Part shown: piece after piece, positions 11,614 to 23,760 of the stretch
Layout of the letters: each line of letters starts with the position of its first letter
Position numbering within the stretch: the first letter of the stretch is position 1
DNA from: Macrostomum lignano
Lineage: Eukaryota
Length of the DNA stretch: 64,000 nt
Assembly (NCBI GenBank): GCA_002269645.1
Contig: NIVC01001482.1
Coordinates: forward strand, 186,001-250,000
Direction: 5' to 3'
The notes under the pieces: generated by a model
The model's database searches: none
What the model saw: the letters and a program-made list of their open reading frames with translations, nothing else
Told to the model about the DNA's origin: nothing
Position numbers and translations under genes: made by a program

Positions 11614-12576
11614 ATGGCCTACAGCTACACATACGGCACCAACCCGTGCGGTCTGTACTACTCCGCTCCGGGGCCCTACGTTCAGTGCGCCGCGTCCTAC
11701 GCCTCTGTGCCTTGCGTGCAGGCGCCAGCGTACACTCTGGCTGCTCCAGCCTGCGCCCCGGCTGCGGCAGCCGCGCCCTGCGCCGTCGCTGCGCCAGCCT
11801 GCGCGCCAGCCTGCGCGCCAGCCTGCGCGCCAGCCTGCGCGCCAACCGTGACCTGCAGCCAGCCGTGTGGCAAGTCGTGCAGCTCCACCGAGCAGAAGGT
11901 GAGCACATATCGCTGGCACCCCTGTCCAATTTCCGAAGGTCGAACTTTAAAAGGATGATGCAAAAACGTACTGGTTCAGGTTGAAAAAAATTAACGTTTT
12001 TTTATCTTTGAAGTTGCATTTTTTCTTTAGTGAATAGACGAAAAAATTACCCCTTTCCTCTCCCCCTCTCTTCTCCATTCTATTACCTCTCCTCTTCTCC
12101 TCTCGTCTATTCTCGCCTTCTCTGGTCTCCTCTCCCCTTCCCTGCTCTCCTCTCCTCTCCCCTGCTCTCCTCTCCTCTCCCCTGCTCTCCTCTCCTCTCC
12201 TCTCCTCTCCCCTCCCCTGCTCTCCTCTCCTCTCCCCTCCCCTGCTCTCCTCTCCTCTCCCCTCCCCTGCTCTCCTCTCCTCTCCCCTCCCCTGCTCTCC
12301 TCTCTTCTCCCCTCCCCTGCTCTCCTATCTTCTCCCCTCCCCTGCCCTCCTCTCCTCTCCCCTCCCCTGCTCTTCTTTCCTCTCCCCTCCCCTGCTCTCC
12401 TCTCCCCTCCTCTCTTTTTGAAATTTCCAATCTGTGTTGCGTACAATCATTTAATCATCAAGTCGCCACTCTTACAGAGGACCTACCTGACTACCACTAA
12501 AGTGTGCGACCAGCCAGCCAAGACCACCTGCTATTACGACACGAAATCTTACAAGGGCGGCCGTCCGTGCTACTAG
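11614..12576 (+). CDS. Cys-Ala-Pro repeat protein A (127 aa, Tyr-rich N-terminus, 2 coding exons)
   Basis: Exons 11614-11898 (MAYSYTYGTNPCG...APACAPACAP...PCGKSCSSTEQK, donor GTGAGC) and 12478-12576 (RTYLTTTKVCDQPAKTTCYYDTKSYKGGRPCY*). The phase-0 intron position and both exon ends are conserved with paralogs B and C. Confidence 0.85.
12050..12415. repeat. CT-rich low-complexity repeat in the intron of CAP gene A
   Basis: (CTCTC/CCCCTG)n run between the two exons. Confidence 0.9.
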
Positions 12577-13211
12577 AAAAAAGCGAGATCTGGCCATGAC
12601 AACCAGCAAGAATGCAGAAAGGATCTCAGGCTGACAACCAGCCACTATGAACTGAACATTAACAGCTTGCTTTACTCCTGGACCACAACAAATGATAGCT
12701 TCACTCCCGCGAGCCAGCACTCCGACTGAGCGCTCACAAAAATATTGTCATTTATTCCGGTCAAATCTAAGAACATTTTGAAAAAATAAGTCCAACTTTT
12801 TGATACACAAGATTACTGTTCTATTAGACTTTTAGATACTAATTGGCCTTTGGTTGTCTCCTCGTGTGGCTGCTTGATTTCGTATTATTTTACGTCTATT
12901 AAACAGCTCTCACTTAGGCAGAATATTGCTGTCACCTGTCAAACTAGAATAAAGTTTCCTTATTTAAATCCTTTTAAGGTTTTCAAATTTGCCCTCAGTA
13001 AAATATTCTGCATGATGCAGTAGGTCCCAACTTACCTTAGGACTAACCAAACTTATAAATCATGTAACAGCTTATGGAATAGAGTTAGGCTATTAAGTTT
13101 AGGCTTAATTGTTTAAAACATCGTTATTGCAATATTTTACTACTCACAGTAACACTAAAGACATCTGGCTCCTGATTTCAGAGCATCATCTTCAACTAAC
13201 CAGCAGTCAGC

Positions 13212-13640
13212 ATGTCGTTCTGCAGCACCCAGGTCTCCTGCGCTCCTTCATGCAGCCCATGTGCTCCGGCCTGCGCTCCGTGTGCCCCGGCCTGCGCTCC
13301 CTGTGCTCCGGCCTGCGCTCCCTGTGCTCCGGCCTGCGCTCCCTGTGCTCCGGCCTGCGCTCCCTGTGCCCCGGCCTGCGCTCCCTGTGCTCCGGCGTGC
13401 AATCCTTGCGGAAAGACCTGCTGCGTTACTGAGCAGAAGGTAATTAAGCATGCAGTGTCAATAAACTAACATGCACGGTCATTACTGAATGGCCTCTAAA
13501 GTACATCTGAAGCGTTTGCATCGAAAATTTGAAACAAACCAAAGGCGCACAATCAACATTTTCAGCGAACCTACACCACCACGACAAAGGTGTGTGACGA
13601 CCCGCCCAAGACCACGTGCACCTACAAGCCCTGCTGCTAG
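13212..13640 (+). CDS. Cys-Ala-Pro repeat protein B (100 aa)
   Basis: Exons 13212-13439 (MSFCSTQVSCAPSCSP(CAPACAP)n..CNPCGKTCCVTEQK) and 13566-13640 (RTYTTTTKVCDDPPKTTCTYKPCC*). Upstream TATTTAAA at 12961, TCAGT near 12995, and a putative 5'UTR intron at 13020-13181. Confidence 0.88.
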
Positions 13641-14380
13641 CTGCATGCCGCTGAGAACTCCAGTTCTTCGAAATCTACTAGCTTCTTTCTTTGGACTACA
13701 GTAACACTGCAATTCAGTTTTTAACACAGTCACGAAACGCACTTTAAACAATAAGAACTTCTTGAATAAGAAACAAATTCACGGCACATTTTTAAGACCC
13801 ATGACTTTTAGATCTACTCTTTCACTCTTAAAAAATGGATTAAAAGCCTATAAAAATAGTCAATTCACTGTCAAACGTGTTTTAAATTACTCCCTTTCAC
13901 TTTAAATACTATTTAGAAGTAGAATCTGAATCCGAACGCTTGCAACCAATTCCCTCAAAATACACTGAAAATGCGATGCTATATTCATCACAGTGCACAG
14001 CAGTTGTCCTAACGTTATAATATTTTTTTTACTTTCATCTGACCCCTTTGCTCAGCAGACAGAATGTGTCTAAATAACTTAACAGCTAGCATACTTAGTA
14101 TATGGACTGTCATACTACTAGAATAGGCGTTCCTTATTTAAGTCCTTTTTAAAGTTTTCAAATTTTCCCTCAGTAAAATATTCTGCATGATGCAGTAGGT
14201 CCCAACTTACCTAGGACTAACCAAACTCATAAATCATTTAACAGCTTATTTTTAGTATATTGGATTAGCGATTGTTTAAAACATCTTTACTGCGATATTT
14301 TACTCGTACTACTCACAGTAGCACTAACGGCATCTGTCTCCTGATTTCAGAGCATCATCTTCAACTAACCAGCAGTCAGC

Positions 14381-14814
14381 ATGTCGTTCTGCAGCACCCA
14401 GGTCTCCTGCGCTCCTTCATGCAGCCCATGTGCTCCGGCCTGCGCTCCGTGTGCTCCGGTCTGTGCTCCGTGTGCCCCGGTCTGCGCTCCGTGTGCTCCG
14501 GCCTGCGCTCCGTGTGCCCCGGCCTACACTCCGTGTGCCCCGGCCTGCACTCCGTGTGCCCCGGCCTGCGCTCCCTGTGCCCCGGCGTGCAATCCTTGCG
14601 GAAAGACCTGCTGTGCTACTGAGCAGAAGGTGTGTCAATACTGCAACCTACGAGTAACATGCAAGATCGTTACTGGCTGAAGCTTCCGCATTGAGAAATT
14701 GAAAAAGAAAACAAAGACACGCACCCTCAAAATTTTCAGCGAACCTACACCACCACGACAAATGTGTGTGACGAGCCGCCACAGACCACGTGCACCTACA
14801 AACCGTGCTGTTAG
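14381..14814 (+). CDS. Cys-Ala-Pro repeat protein C (107 aa), recent duplicate of B
   Basis: Exons 14381-14629 and 14740-14814 (RTYTTTTNVCDEPPQTTCTYKPCC*); the promoter, 5'UTR intron and 3'UTR are duplicated relative to gene B. Confidence 0.88.
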
Positions 14815-15685
14815 CTGCCGCTGAGAACTCCATTTCTTCGAAGTCTGCTATAGCTACCTTCTTTCTTTGAACTACAATAACTGAAATTAAGTTTTTAAAG
14901 CAATTCGATACGCAATTTTACTCTTTCAATTCTACAAAAACAGTCAATTGATGGTCAAAACTAGTTTTGAAATTTTCTCTTTCACGTTTGACCAACTGGT
15001 ACATTAGTTTAATTTATTAATATTAAATTATTAATTTAGTGCAAAATTTATTTTAAATACAATGAAACTGCAGACAGCATTCATCACTTTGTATCAGCTA
15101 TCCTAACGTTACATTGATTTATTTATCTTATATTATTTTTATTGTATAAAAACCGAGGTGCTTTCTAGCTCCTTCAAATATTATTGACTTATAAAGAAAC
15201 CCGTTAAATGAAAGCAAATGTCAGTTAAAACAATGATATAAACTCGTAACTGTAGTTGCTTGACAAAAGATTATAATTTAGTATTTATCTGTGAAACAAA
15301 GTTATCTTTTGCTCTGAGGAGTAATTATAGTTTAAAACATGGTAACAGCGTATATTTCAAAACATACACACAGATGATTGAAATACTTACTATAGTATCG
15401 TCTCGTCTATTGCGTGAGATGACTGATAAGCCTAGTTGCATATTTTCTTATACAAACAAGTCTACATAAGAAAAGTCATCACGTCAACGGCGAAAAAATC
15501 ACCAACAGTCTTGGTTTTTAATTCTACATAAACAATTGACTTTTGAGCCTACTGGTGATTTGCTTGCCTAGAAGATTTGCTATAATAGATTTTTCAGCCT
15601 TTCAATATTTTTAGTAATGGTCTTTTATTATGGCAGCCTGATCTAATTATTAAAGATAATATTCATTCTCTTTTGTTATTAAAAC

Positions 15686-18600
15686 ATGGCCAGCAGTGCC
15701 AGCAACAAGGAATTTATTGTAAATCAGAAGTATCGTCTAATAAAGAAAATTGGAAGTGGATCTTTTGGAGAAATATATCTTGGTGTAAACCAAACCAATG
15801 GAGAAGTAAGCAATCCTTGTTTTGTTTTTTACAAACAAAAAATCCAAATCACACAAGTTTAGCTTTAACTAACAAATGAATTCTTTAATAATAATAGGCC
15901 TAGTTTATTAAAAAAAACCACAACACATTGCTCACTAAAATTAAAAACTAGGTAAACCTAGGAAATGATGTTAGAGACTTTGTAATTAGTGAGAGTCCCA
16001 TGACTTGCCAATGTTATGTATGCAAATAGCAAATTTGAACAAAAATAGTTTTTTGCAAATAAGTAATTGTGAAATGCAATTTTGTGTAAAAGAAATTGAA
16101 AGCTAAAATAAAAAATATTTATTAATATTATAGTTATACCATAGGTTAGGAAGTGACATGTTATAAGGATCTAGCCAGCCACTAACTAGAGTCTAACATA
16201 TGAGTAATAATAACTCAAACAAGGTAGAATACTCTTATTTTCTAATTTTCTAATTAAGCATAGAATTTTATATTTTAATAACTGTATTTTTAATGTTTGT
16301 ATAAATAAGCAAGCTACAAGCTGGGAGAATAAGTCTGAGACACTATGGTATAACTAAGCTAAGCTTCATAAATCTATAGTCATGGTAGTGCTTAGTCTTA
16401 GCCTCTATTCATAGCTAGTTTTTGTAGAAGCAATTGGTATAATTTGGCAAACTAGTTGTTTTAGCAATTCAAAAGTTAGTATAGAGTCTAGAGAGAGTAA
16501 AAAGAATAAAGATTAGACATTTAATCCCTTCCTTATTTATAGTAAATTTTCCCAATGAAGTCCCTGTGAAACTATCTGCATCGCATGTCATTTCCCATAC
16601 ATGCATGCGCAACCTCCAAAATTTGGTCCGCCATGCAACTTAGTTTTAACAAAAATCCGACATAGTTTTTGGCCAAAAATGCAACTTACATGTAAAAAAA
16701 ACCCTAAAGCAAAATTAACACAACTTTGGGTAAACAACAAGAGTAACTATGACTGTCTTATTAAGTTAAAATGCCTTGTCAGCTACTTAGTACTACTACT
16801 TTGGTAGCGACTTCCTTGATTGGCCGCCAAATCAGTCGGCCGGATCGGCCAACTGGGCCAACTGTTGCACATGTATGTTCCCATATCTTCTAGATATCAT
16901 CGCAATTCTATTCTGGCTAATTCTCATAGTCTCCCATTCTTATGCAACTTCTAAAATGTCTCTGTTTAAAAATGTAATTGATAAAGGCATACAACCCCAC
17001 CTCACATAAAAGCATACAACCCCTTTAAAGTGGAAGCAGACTTTTAGGGTGGCCTGCACTTGCCCTTTGCACTGCTATCCTTGAGCACTTATGGCTTTTT
17101 GTAAGAGTGCAGCTATCTACAACTGCTATACTCCACCACACTTTGATAACAATGTAATTCCCTAATTTCTTAGCCTAAACCCTAAGTCCTATTCCTAATA
17201 GTTCCTACAATAGTCCCTAAATGACAGTTGATTACTATCTTTATACATGTACACTAGGATTTCCCAGTATACAACAAGGGTCTTACCATTTTTCAGTGTA
17301 TATCAAGGTATATTGCAATATACATAATAGTAGATACATTGTGTCAAATGACAATTTTTTAATATTAGCACACAAACCCAGTATACAAATAAGGTCTCAT
17401 CATTTTTTGGCATTTAACCTGGCATACACTAATATATAATCCAAACTATAGCAGTCATAAAAAGAAAAGTTTATACGAAGGGTGCGCAAAAAGTTTTGGC
17501 AACTGGGTTCCCAATTGCAGATAAATTGTTAGTAAATCTTAAAACGTTATTAAAGTCCTTCAATGTAATCTCCGCCACGTTCTATGCATTTCTGGTGACG
17601 GCGGATCCATGCCTCGAAGGCAGCGCGGTACTCTGAAGCTGGCATGGTGTTCAGCTCTGAATTAATGCAGCGAGCCAGGTCTTGGGGCCACTGAAAATGG
17701 CATCCAGCCATGCGTTCGGTCAGCTTTGGGAATGCCCAGAAGTCGCAGGGTGCCAAATCAGGACTGTACAGAGGGTGCGGTATCACTTTGAGCTTGTTAT
17801 CGGCCAAAAAGCTCGTTGTCATGGCCGCAGTGTGGCTGGAGGCATTGTCGTGGTGCAAGTGAATTCTGCCACTTTGGAGGCGGGTTGGCTGCTTTTCCAT
17901 GACTGAAGCCACGACTTTAGGCAAAACCTCGCCAGTATAGAACGTGGCATTGACGTTCTGTCCATTTGGCACCATAACAACTGTCTCTGGCCCGTTGATG
18001 CTGAAAAAGACGACGAACATCTGCTTCCTTAAGCAAAACCCTGGGCGCAGAACAGTTGGACAGTCTTTATCGGAACCAATCCAAACCTTGTTTTGGTTCT
18101 TGTGAAGCACTTGGAAGTAGTAGAACCACTTCTCATCACCAGTCACGACATCAGTAAGTCGTTTAGTGCCACCTTCGCCAAAGCATCACAGAAATTCTTG
18201 GCTGCATCGAACCCTCTCCTGCTTCTGCTCTGCTGTCAGTGCATGAGGTACCCAACGGGCCGTGACCTTGCAGAGGCCAAGATGGTCATGCAAGATGGTT
18301 CGGACACTGCCATCAGAAATGCCAATTGTCTGGCTAAGTAGTGCAACAGTGATATTGCGATCTTCGTCCACCAGCTGTCGCACAGCAACAATGTTCTGCT
18401 CGGTCACGGATGTCATTGGCCTCCTAGAACGAGGGCTGTCGGTCATGGAGCGTCAACCAGCACTGACCAATTCAATCCAACGGGCGACGGTGCGGTACGA
18501 AGGGGCTTGATCTGCTACAACTTGGACTAGCTTGGCATGAATTTTGGTGGCGTTTTCTCCAAGCTGCGATCGCATGAAAACATAAAATCTCCACTGATCA

Positions 18601-20278
18601 GCAGTGATATTTTCCATTTGAAGGCTGAAAACGAGACTGTACGTTAATCAAAATGCTCTAGGAAGCAAAAAAATCAATGCAATGAGCTGAAAACTTATGG
18701 ACAAACGCAAAATATGGTCATATTTATGAGATTAAAAAATGGCTACATTTAAACGTTTATTTAAAAAGTTATGAGCCAGTTGCCAAGACTTTTTGCGCAC
18801 CCCTCGTATATTATTAGTTTATATTATGTTATAATTTTCATTTTCCTCTAAATATTTTTCTTAATACTGTATTCCTAAATCTTTATATATATGCTAGATT
18901 TTTCTAGTGTATAATGGACCTGAAAATATGCTTGGCATATAAAATCTAGTGTATCACAATAGTTCACTATTGTAAATTTGTGCCATTTCATCACACTCTT
19001 AAATCCATTATACAATAGACCAAAAAGTGACTTCCTACACTGTAAATTCAAGTTTACACCAAAAAACAAATGTTTTTATGATATAATATATCAGAAATTA
19101 TTAAAGAAACATTGCAACAATAAAGGCCCCTTTTCAAAGGCTGCCAAAATTGAATATAAAATGCCGAAATTGAATGCAGTTTGCTGAATTTGAATATCAG
19201 TTTGTCTAAATAGAAACTTGAATTGCTAAAATTTAATGTAGTTTATCAAAATTGGTTTTTGGTTTGTCAAATTTGAATGTAGTGTAGATGTGCAGCCATA
19301 GCCAAAATGAAAGCCAGTTTGCCAAAATTAAATGTAGTTTTATCAAAAAAGAATGCAAAAAGGTGTAGTTCCAATATATGGTGCATGGAGCAATGTTTCC
19401 TAACTTTGGATTGGACATAGATAGGCCTATTAGTTAAAAAATAATAAAAACTTGTTGGAAATATTTATAAAGAATAAGTTTGTGAGCAAAAATGATTATA
19501 ATGCTTAATAGGCAAAATATTTTACAAAAATGTTGAAAATTTTAAATGCAAAAAGTTTTGTAACTTTTTTATTACTTTTCTTTTTATAGGAAACCTTTCT
19601 TATAGGTTACTTGGGGTCCATTTTTAAAGCCTAAGTTGAGTTTTTACCCAAAGGCTAAAAGTAATGGCTAGTAATAATAAGTCTAAGTTATGAATTTTTT
19701 GTGTAAGCTAATTTAGGTAATTTAAACAAAAAGCTATAAAACTCTTATTTGGCAATTAGAAATCAGTCTATAATCATATATAGGCTTCTTGTGGATAGAT
19801 ATTTCTTATAAAATAGCATTTTCATAGCATTTCATTGCTCTATTAGTTTAGGTGTAATCTAGAGATTTCCATTTCTTTGAAATGGTCTACTTTGGAATTA
19901 CTCAGTAGAGGTCCTAAAATCCTAGGAATTCTAATAATCATTATTAAAGTAGTTTGACTGTTAATGCTCTATATGTGCAGTTGAACAAAGATTGAAATTC
20001 AGTATTAGAGGCTGCAAAGTCATTAACAAACAGCTTTGTAGATAAATTGCAAATCTCTAATATAATATACTATACAAATATCCATTTGACTGTTTATAAA
20101 ACTCAGCAAAATACACGCGTTTCTTCCTTTTATTTCTAAGGAAATTGCTGTCAAACTGGAGAGTCAGAAGGCGCGCCATCCGCAGCTTCTGTATGAAAGC
20201 AAACTGTACAAGCTGCTGCAGGGCGGCATTGGCATTCCACATGTGCGGTGAGTCTGAGGGATCTTGGCGCTGTTGTGC

Positions 20279-20330
<52 letters not shown>

Positions 20331-20474
20331 CTTCTGTCTGTCTGTCCTGTCTGTCTGTCTGTCTGTCCTTCTGTCTGTCTGTCCTTCTGTCTGTCTGTCC
20401 TTCTGTCTGTCTGTCTGTCCTTCTGTCTGTCTGTCCTTCTGTCTGTCTGTCTGTCCTTCTGTCTGTCTGTCCTT

Positions 20475-20505
<31 letters not shown>

Positions 20506-20524
20506 ACTGTCTGTCTGTCTGTTT

Positions 20525-20557
<33 letters not shown>

Positions 20558-22854
20558 ACTGTCTGTCTGTCTGTCTGACTGTCTGTCTGTCTGTCTGTCT
20601 GTCTGCCTGTTTGTCTGTCTGTCTGCCTGTCTGTCTGTCTGACTGTCTGTCTGTCTGTCTGTCTGCCTGTTTGTCTGTCTGTCTGTCTGCCTGTCTGTCT
20701 ATCTGTCTGTCTGTCTGCCTGACACTCCCTGTCCATTGTCCTGAACCCGTGCCCACTCTGTCTCCCCGCCCTCGCAGCTGGTTCGGTGTAGAGAAGGACT
20801 ACAACGTGCTGGTGATGGACCTGCTGGGCCCCAGCCTGGAGGACCTGTTCAGCTTCTGCTCTCGCCGGTTCACTATGAAGACCGTGCTGATGCTGGCCGA
20901 CCAGATGATCAACCGCATCGAGTACGTGCACAACAAGAACTTCATTCACCGCGACATCAAGCCGGACAACTTCCTCATGGGAATCGGGCGTCACTGCAAC
21001 AAGGTGAGTCTGAGGGTGCAAATAATCCCATTCCCCAGCTTAATTATCCCCAATCCTTAACCAAAAATCCCAATCCCCAACCCAATAATCCAAATCCCCA
21101 ACCCAATAATCCAAATCCCCAACCCAATAATCTAAATCCCCAACCCAATTATCCAAATCCCCAACACAATAATCCAAATCCCCAAACCCAATAATCCAAA
21201 TCCCCAACCCAATTATCCAAATCCCCAACCCAATAACCCAAATCCCCAACACAATAATCCAAATCCCCAAACCCAATAATCCAAATCCCCAACCCAATTA
21301 TCCAAATCCCCAACCCAATAACCCAAATCCCCAACACAATAATCCAAACCCCCAACCCTATAATCCAAATCCCCAACCCAAGTATCCAAATCCTCAACCC
21401 AATAACCCAAATCCCCAATGCAATAATCCAAGTCCTTAACCCAATAATCCAAATCCCAAACCCAATAACCCAAATCCCTAACGCAATAATCCAAGTCCCA
21501 ACCCAATAACCCAAATCCCCAACACAATAATCCAAACCCCCAACCCTATAATCCAAGTCCTTAACCCAATAATCCAAATCCCAAACCCAATAACCCAAAT
21601 CCCCAATGCAATAATCCAAGTCCTTAACCCAATAATCCAAATCCCAAACCCAATAACCCAAATCCCCAACGCAATAATCCAAGTCCCAACCCAATAATCC
21701 GAATTCCTTATTCCCATTGAAGAATCTGAATTCCTTAACTAAGAAATCCTATAAATCGATTTCCGCCCCGCCCGCGCCAGGTGTTCATCATTGACTTCGG
21801 ATTGGCTAAAAAGTTTCGCGATAGTCGTTCCGGAAAGCACATCCCTTACCGGTGAGCATATGATTAGTCATCAAGAGATCTGTTATCTAAAAATGATTAA
21901 TGAATTAGTCTGGTATAAAATGTCCCGAACTCAATTCCCGCAGCGAGGACAAGAACCTCACTGGCACGGCCCGCTACGCTTCAATCAATGCTCACCTGGG
22001 CATCGAACAGTCCAGACGCGATGACATGGAAGCGCTTGGCTACGTGCTGATGTACTTTAATAGGGGCTCGCTACCGTGGCAGGGACTGCAGGTGAAATCC
22101 TTTCCGGCTTTGTTTCATTCATCTACGTTGCTTCATATTCACCGATTATTGCTCATCTCCATTGCTCATAGTTTCGTAAATCTAAGGCTTCATAGTTTCA
22201 TATTCATTACTCTTTTTACTCATAGCTTTTATCTATGGTCATGGCTAGAAAACCCATGGTCATAGCTTATAGATCTATGATCATAGCTCATAAATGTATG
22301 GTCAAAGCTCATAGATCTATGGTCATAGTTTATTAATCCATGATCATTGGTCATAAATCCATGGTCATTGGTCATAAATCCATGGTCATTGGTCATAAAT
22401 CCATGGTCATAGCTCATAGATCTATGGTCATAGTTCATTAATCCATGATCATTGGTAATAAATCATAGCTCATAAATCCCGGCTCATAGCTTATGTCTCA
22501 CAGTTCATCACTATATACTATCTTAATTCCCAATCCCAAAGCCTCAATTCCCATAACTCCCAACCGCAGGCCAACACCAAGAAGCAGAAGTACCAGAAGA
22601 TCAGCGAGAAGAAGATGTCAACGCCAGTCGAGTCCCTGTGCAAAGGCTTCCCGGCCGAGTTCACCATGTACTTGAACTATTGCCGCGGCCTTCGATTCGA
22701 GGAGGCTCCCGACTATATGTACCTCAGACAGCTCTTCCGGATCCTGTTCCGCACTCTCAATCACCAGTTCGACTACACCTTTGACTGGACTCTGCTCAAA
22801 CAGCGGAGCAGCGCAGCCGCCACCGCCGCCTCCGCTTCGGGCGCCGCTCAGTGA
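15686..22854 (+). CDS. CSNK1A1: Casein kinase I alpha (about 318 aa, 6 coding exons)
   Basis: Exons 15686-15805, 20141-20247, 20778-21003, 21781-21851, 21944-22091, 22570-22854, all GT-AG with consistent phases. Motifs [100 protein letters not shown]. Confidence 0.97.
16600..16877. mobile_element. hAT-type MITE, copy 2 (28S-like fragment at about 16728-16791), in CK1 intron
   Basis: TIRs CATGCATGCGCAAC and (reverse complement) CATACATGTGCAAC; perfect 8-bp TSD TTCCCATA at 16592-16599 and 16878-16885; colinear with 297-582. Confidence 0.9.
17476..18806 (-). mobile_element. Full-length mariner (DD34D) transposon in CK1 intron
   Basis: About 31-bp TIRs CGA(A/G)GGGTGCGCAAAAAGT(T/C)TTGGCAACTGG, TA target duplications on both sides, 1331 bp long. 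Confidence 0.96.
17550..18617 (-). pseudogene. Mariner transposase (355 codons) with two in-frame TGA stops and no frameshift
   Basis: [16 protein letters not shown]...; [21 protein letters not shown] and [10 protein letters not shown] with 34-residue D-D spacing; stops at 18453-18455 and 18186-18188. Confidence 0.93.
20275..20720. repeat. (TGTC)n microsatellite in CK1 intron
   Basis: Direct inspection. Confidence 0.97.
21025..21700. repeat. CCCAA(T/C)-rich minisatellite in CK1 intron
   Basis: Units such as CCCAATAATCCAAATCCCCAA. Confidence 0.93.
22240..22500. repeat. Degenerate ~20-bp repeat in CK1 intron
   Basis: ATCCATGGTCATTGGTCATAA-like units. Confidence 0.85.
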
Positions 22855-22944
22855 CGTTCGGGCTCTGTGTAGGTTTTTAACCCAGTGCTGGATTCAGCGG
22901 CTTGGGTTGCTCTTTTGCGATGTAGAATAAGTGCAAGATTGTAA

Positions 22945-23760
22945 GGGTTAGTGTGGGATTTTAAGGATTAGTGTGGGAATTTAAGGATTAGTGTGGGAAT
23001 TTAAGGATTAGTGTGGGATTTTCAGGATTAGTATGGGATTTTCAGGATTAGTGTGGGATTTTTAGGAATAGTTTGGGAATTTAAGATTTGTGTGGGAATT
23101 TAAGGATTAGTGTGGGATTTTCAGGATTAGTATGGGATTTTCAGGATTAGTGTGGGATTTTTAGGAATAGTTTGGGAATTTAAGGATTCGTGTGGGATTT
23201 TAAGGATTCGTGTGGGATTTTAAGGATTCGTGTGGGATTTTAAGGGTTAGTGTGAGATTTTAAGAATTCGTGTGGGATTTTAAGGGTTAGTGTGGGAATT
23301 TAAGGATAAGTGTGGGATTTAAAAAAATTAGTGTGGGATTTTCAGGATTAGTATGGGATTTTCAGGATTAGTGTGGGATTTTTAGGAATAGTTTGGGAAT
23401 TTAAGGATTAGTGTGGGATTTTAAGGATTCGTGTGGGATTTTAAGGATTAGTGTGGGATTTTAAAGATTAGAGTGGGATTTTAGGATTAGTGTGGGATTT
23501 TAAGGATTAGTGTGGGATTTTAAAAATTAGTGTGGGATTTTCAGGATTAGTGTGGGATTTTATAAATTTGTGTGGGATTTTAAGGATTAGTGTGGGATTT
23601 TATAAATTAGTGTGGGATTTTAAGGATTCGTGTAGGATTTTATAAATTAGTGTATAAGGATTAGTGTGGGATTTTATAAATTAGTGTGGGAATTTTAAGG
23701 ATTAGTGTGGGAATTTTAAAGACTAGTGTGGGATTTTAAGGATTAGTGTGGAATTTAAAG
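22945..23760. repeat. 20-bp minisatellite downstream of the CK1 stop codon
   Basis: Unit TTTAAGGATTAGTGTGGGAT. Confidence 0.95.

Noticed and set aside
20145-21021. Long ORFs spanning the (TGTC)n tract, and similar ones at 48662-49458 and 54087-55286
   Set aside because: Microsatellite translations; the genuine coding parts are accounted for by CK1 exons.
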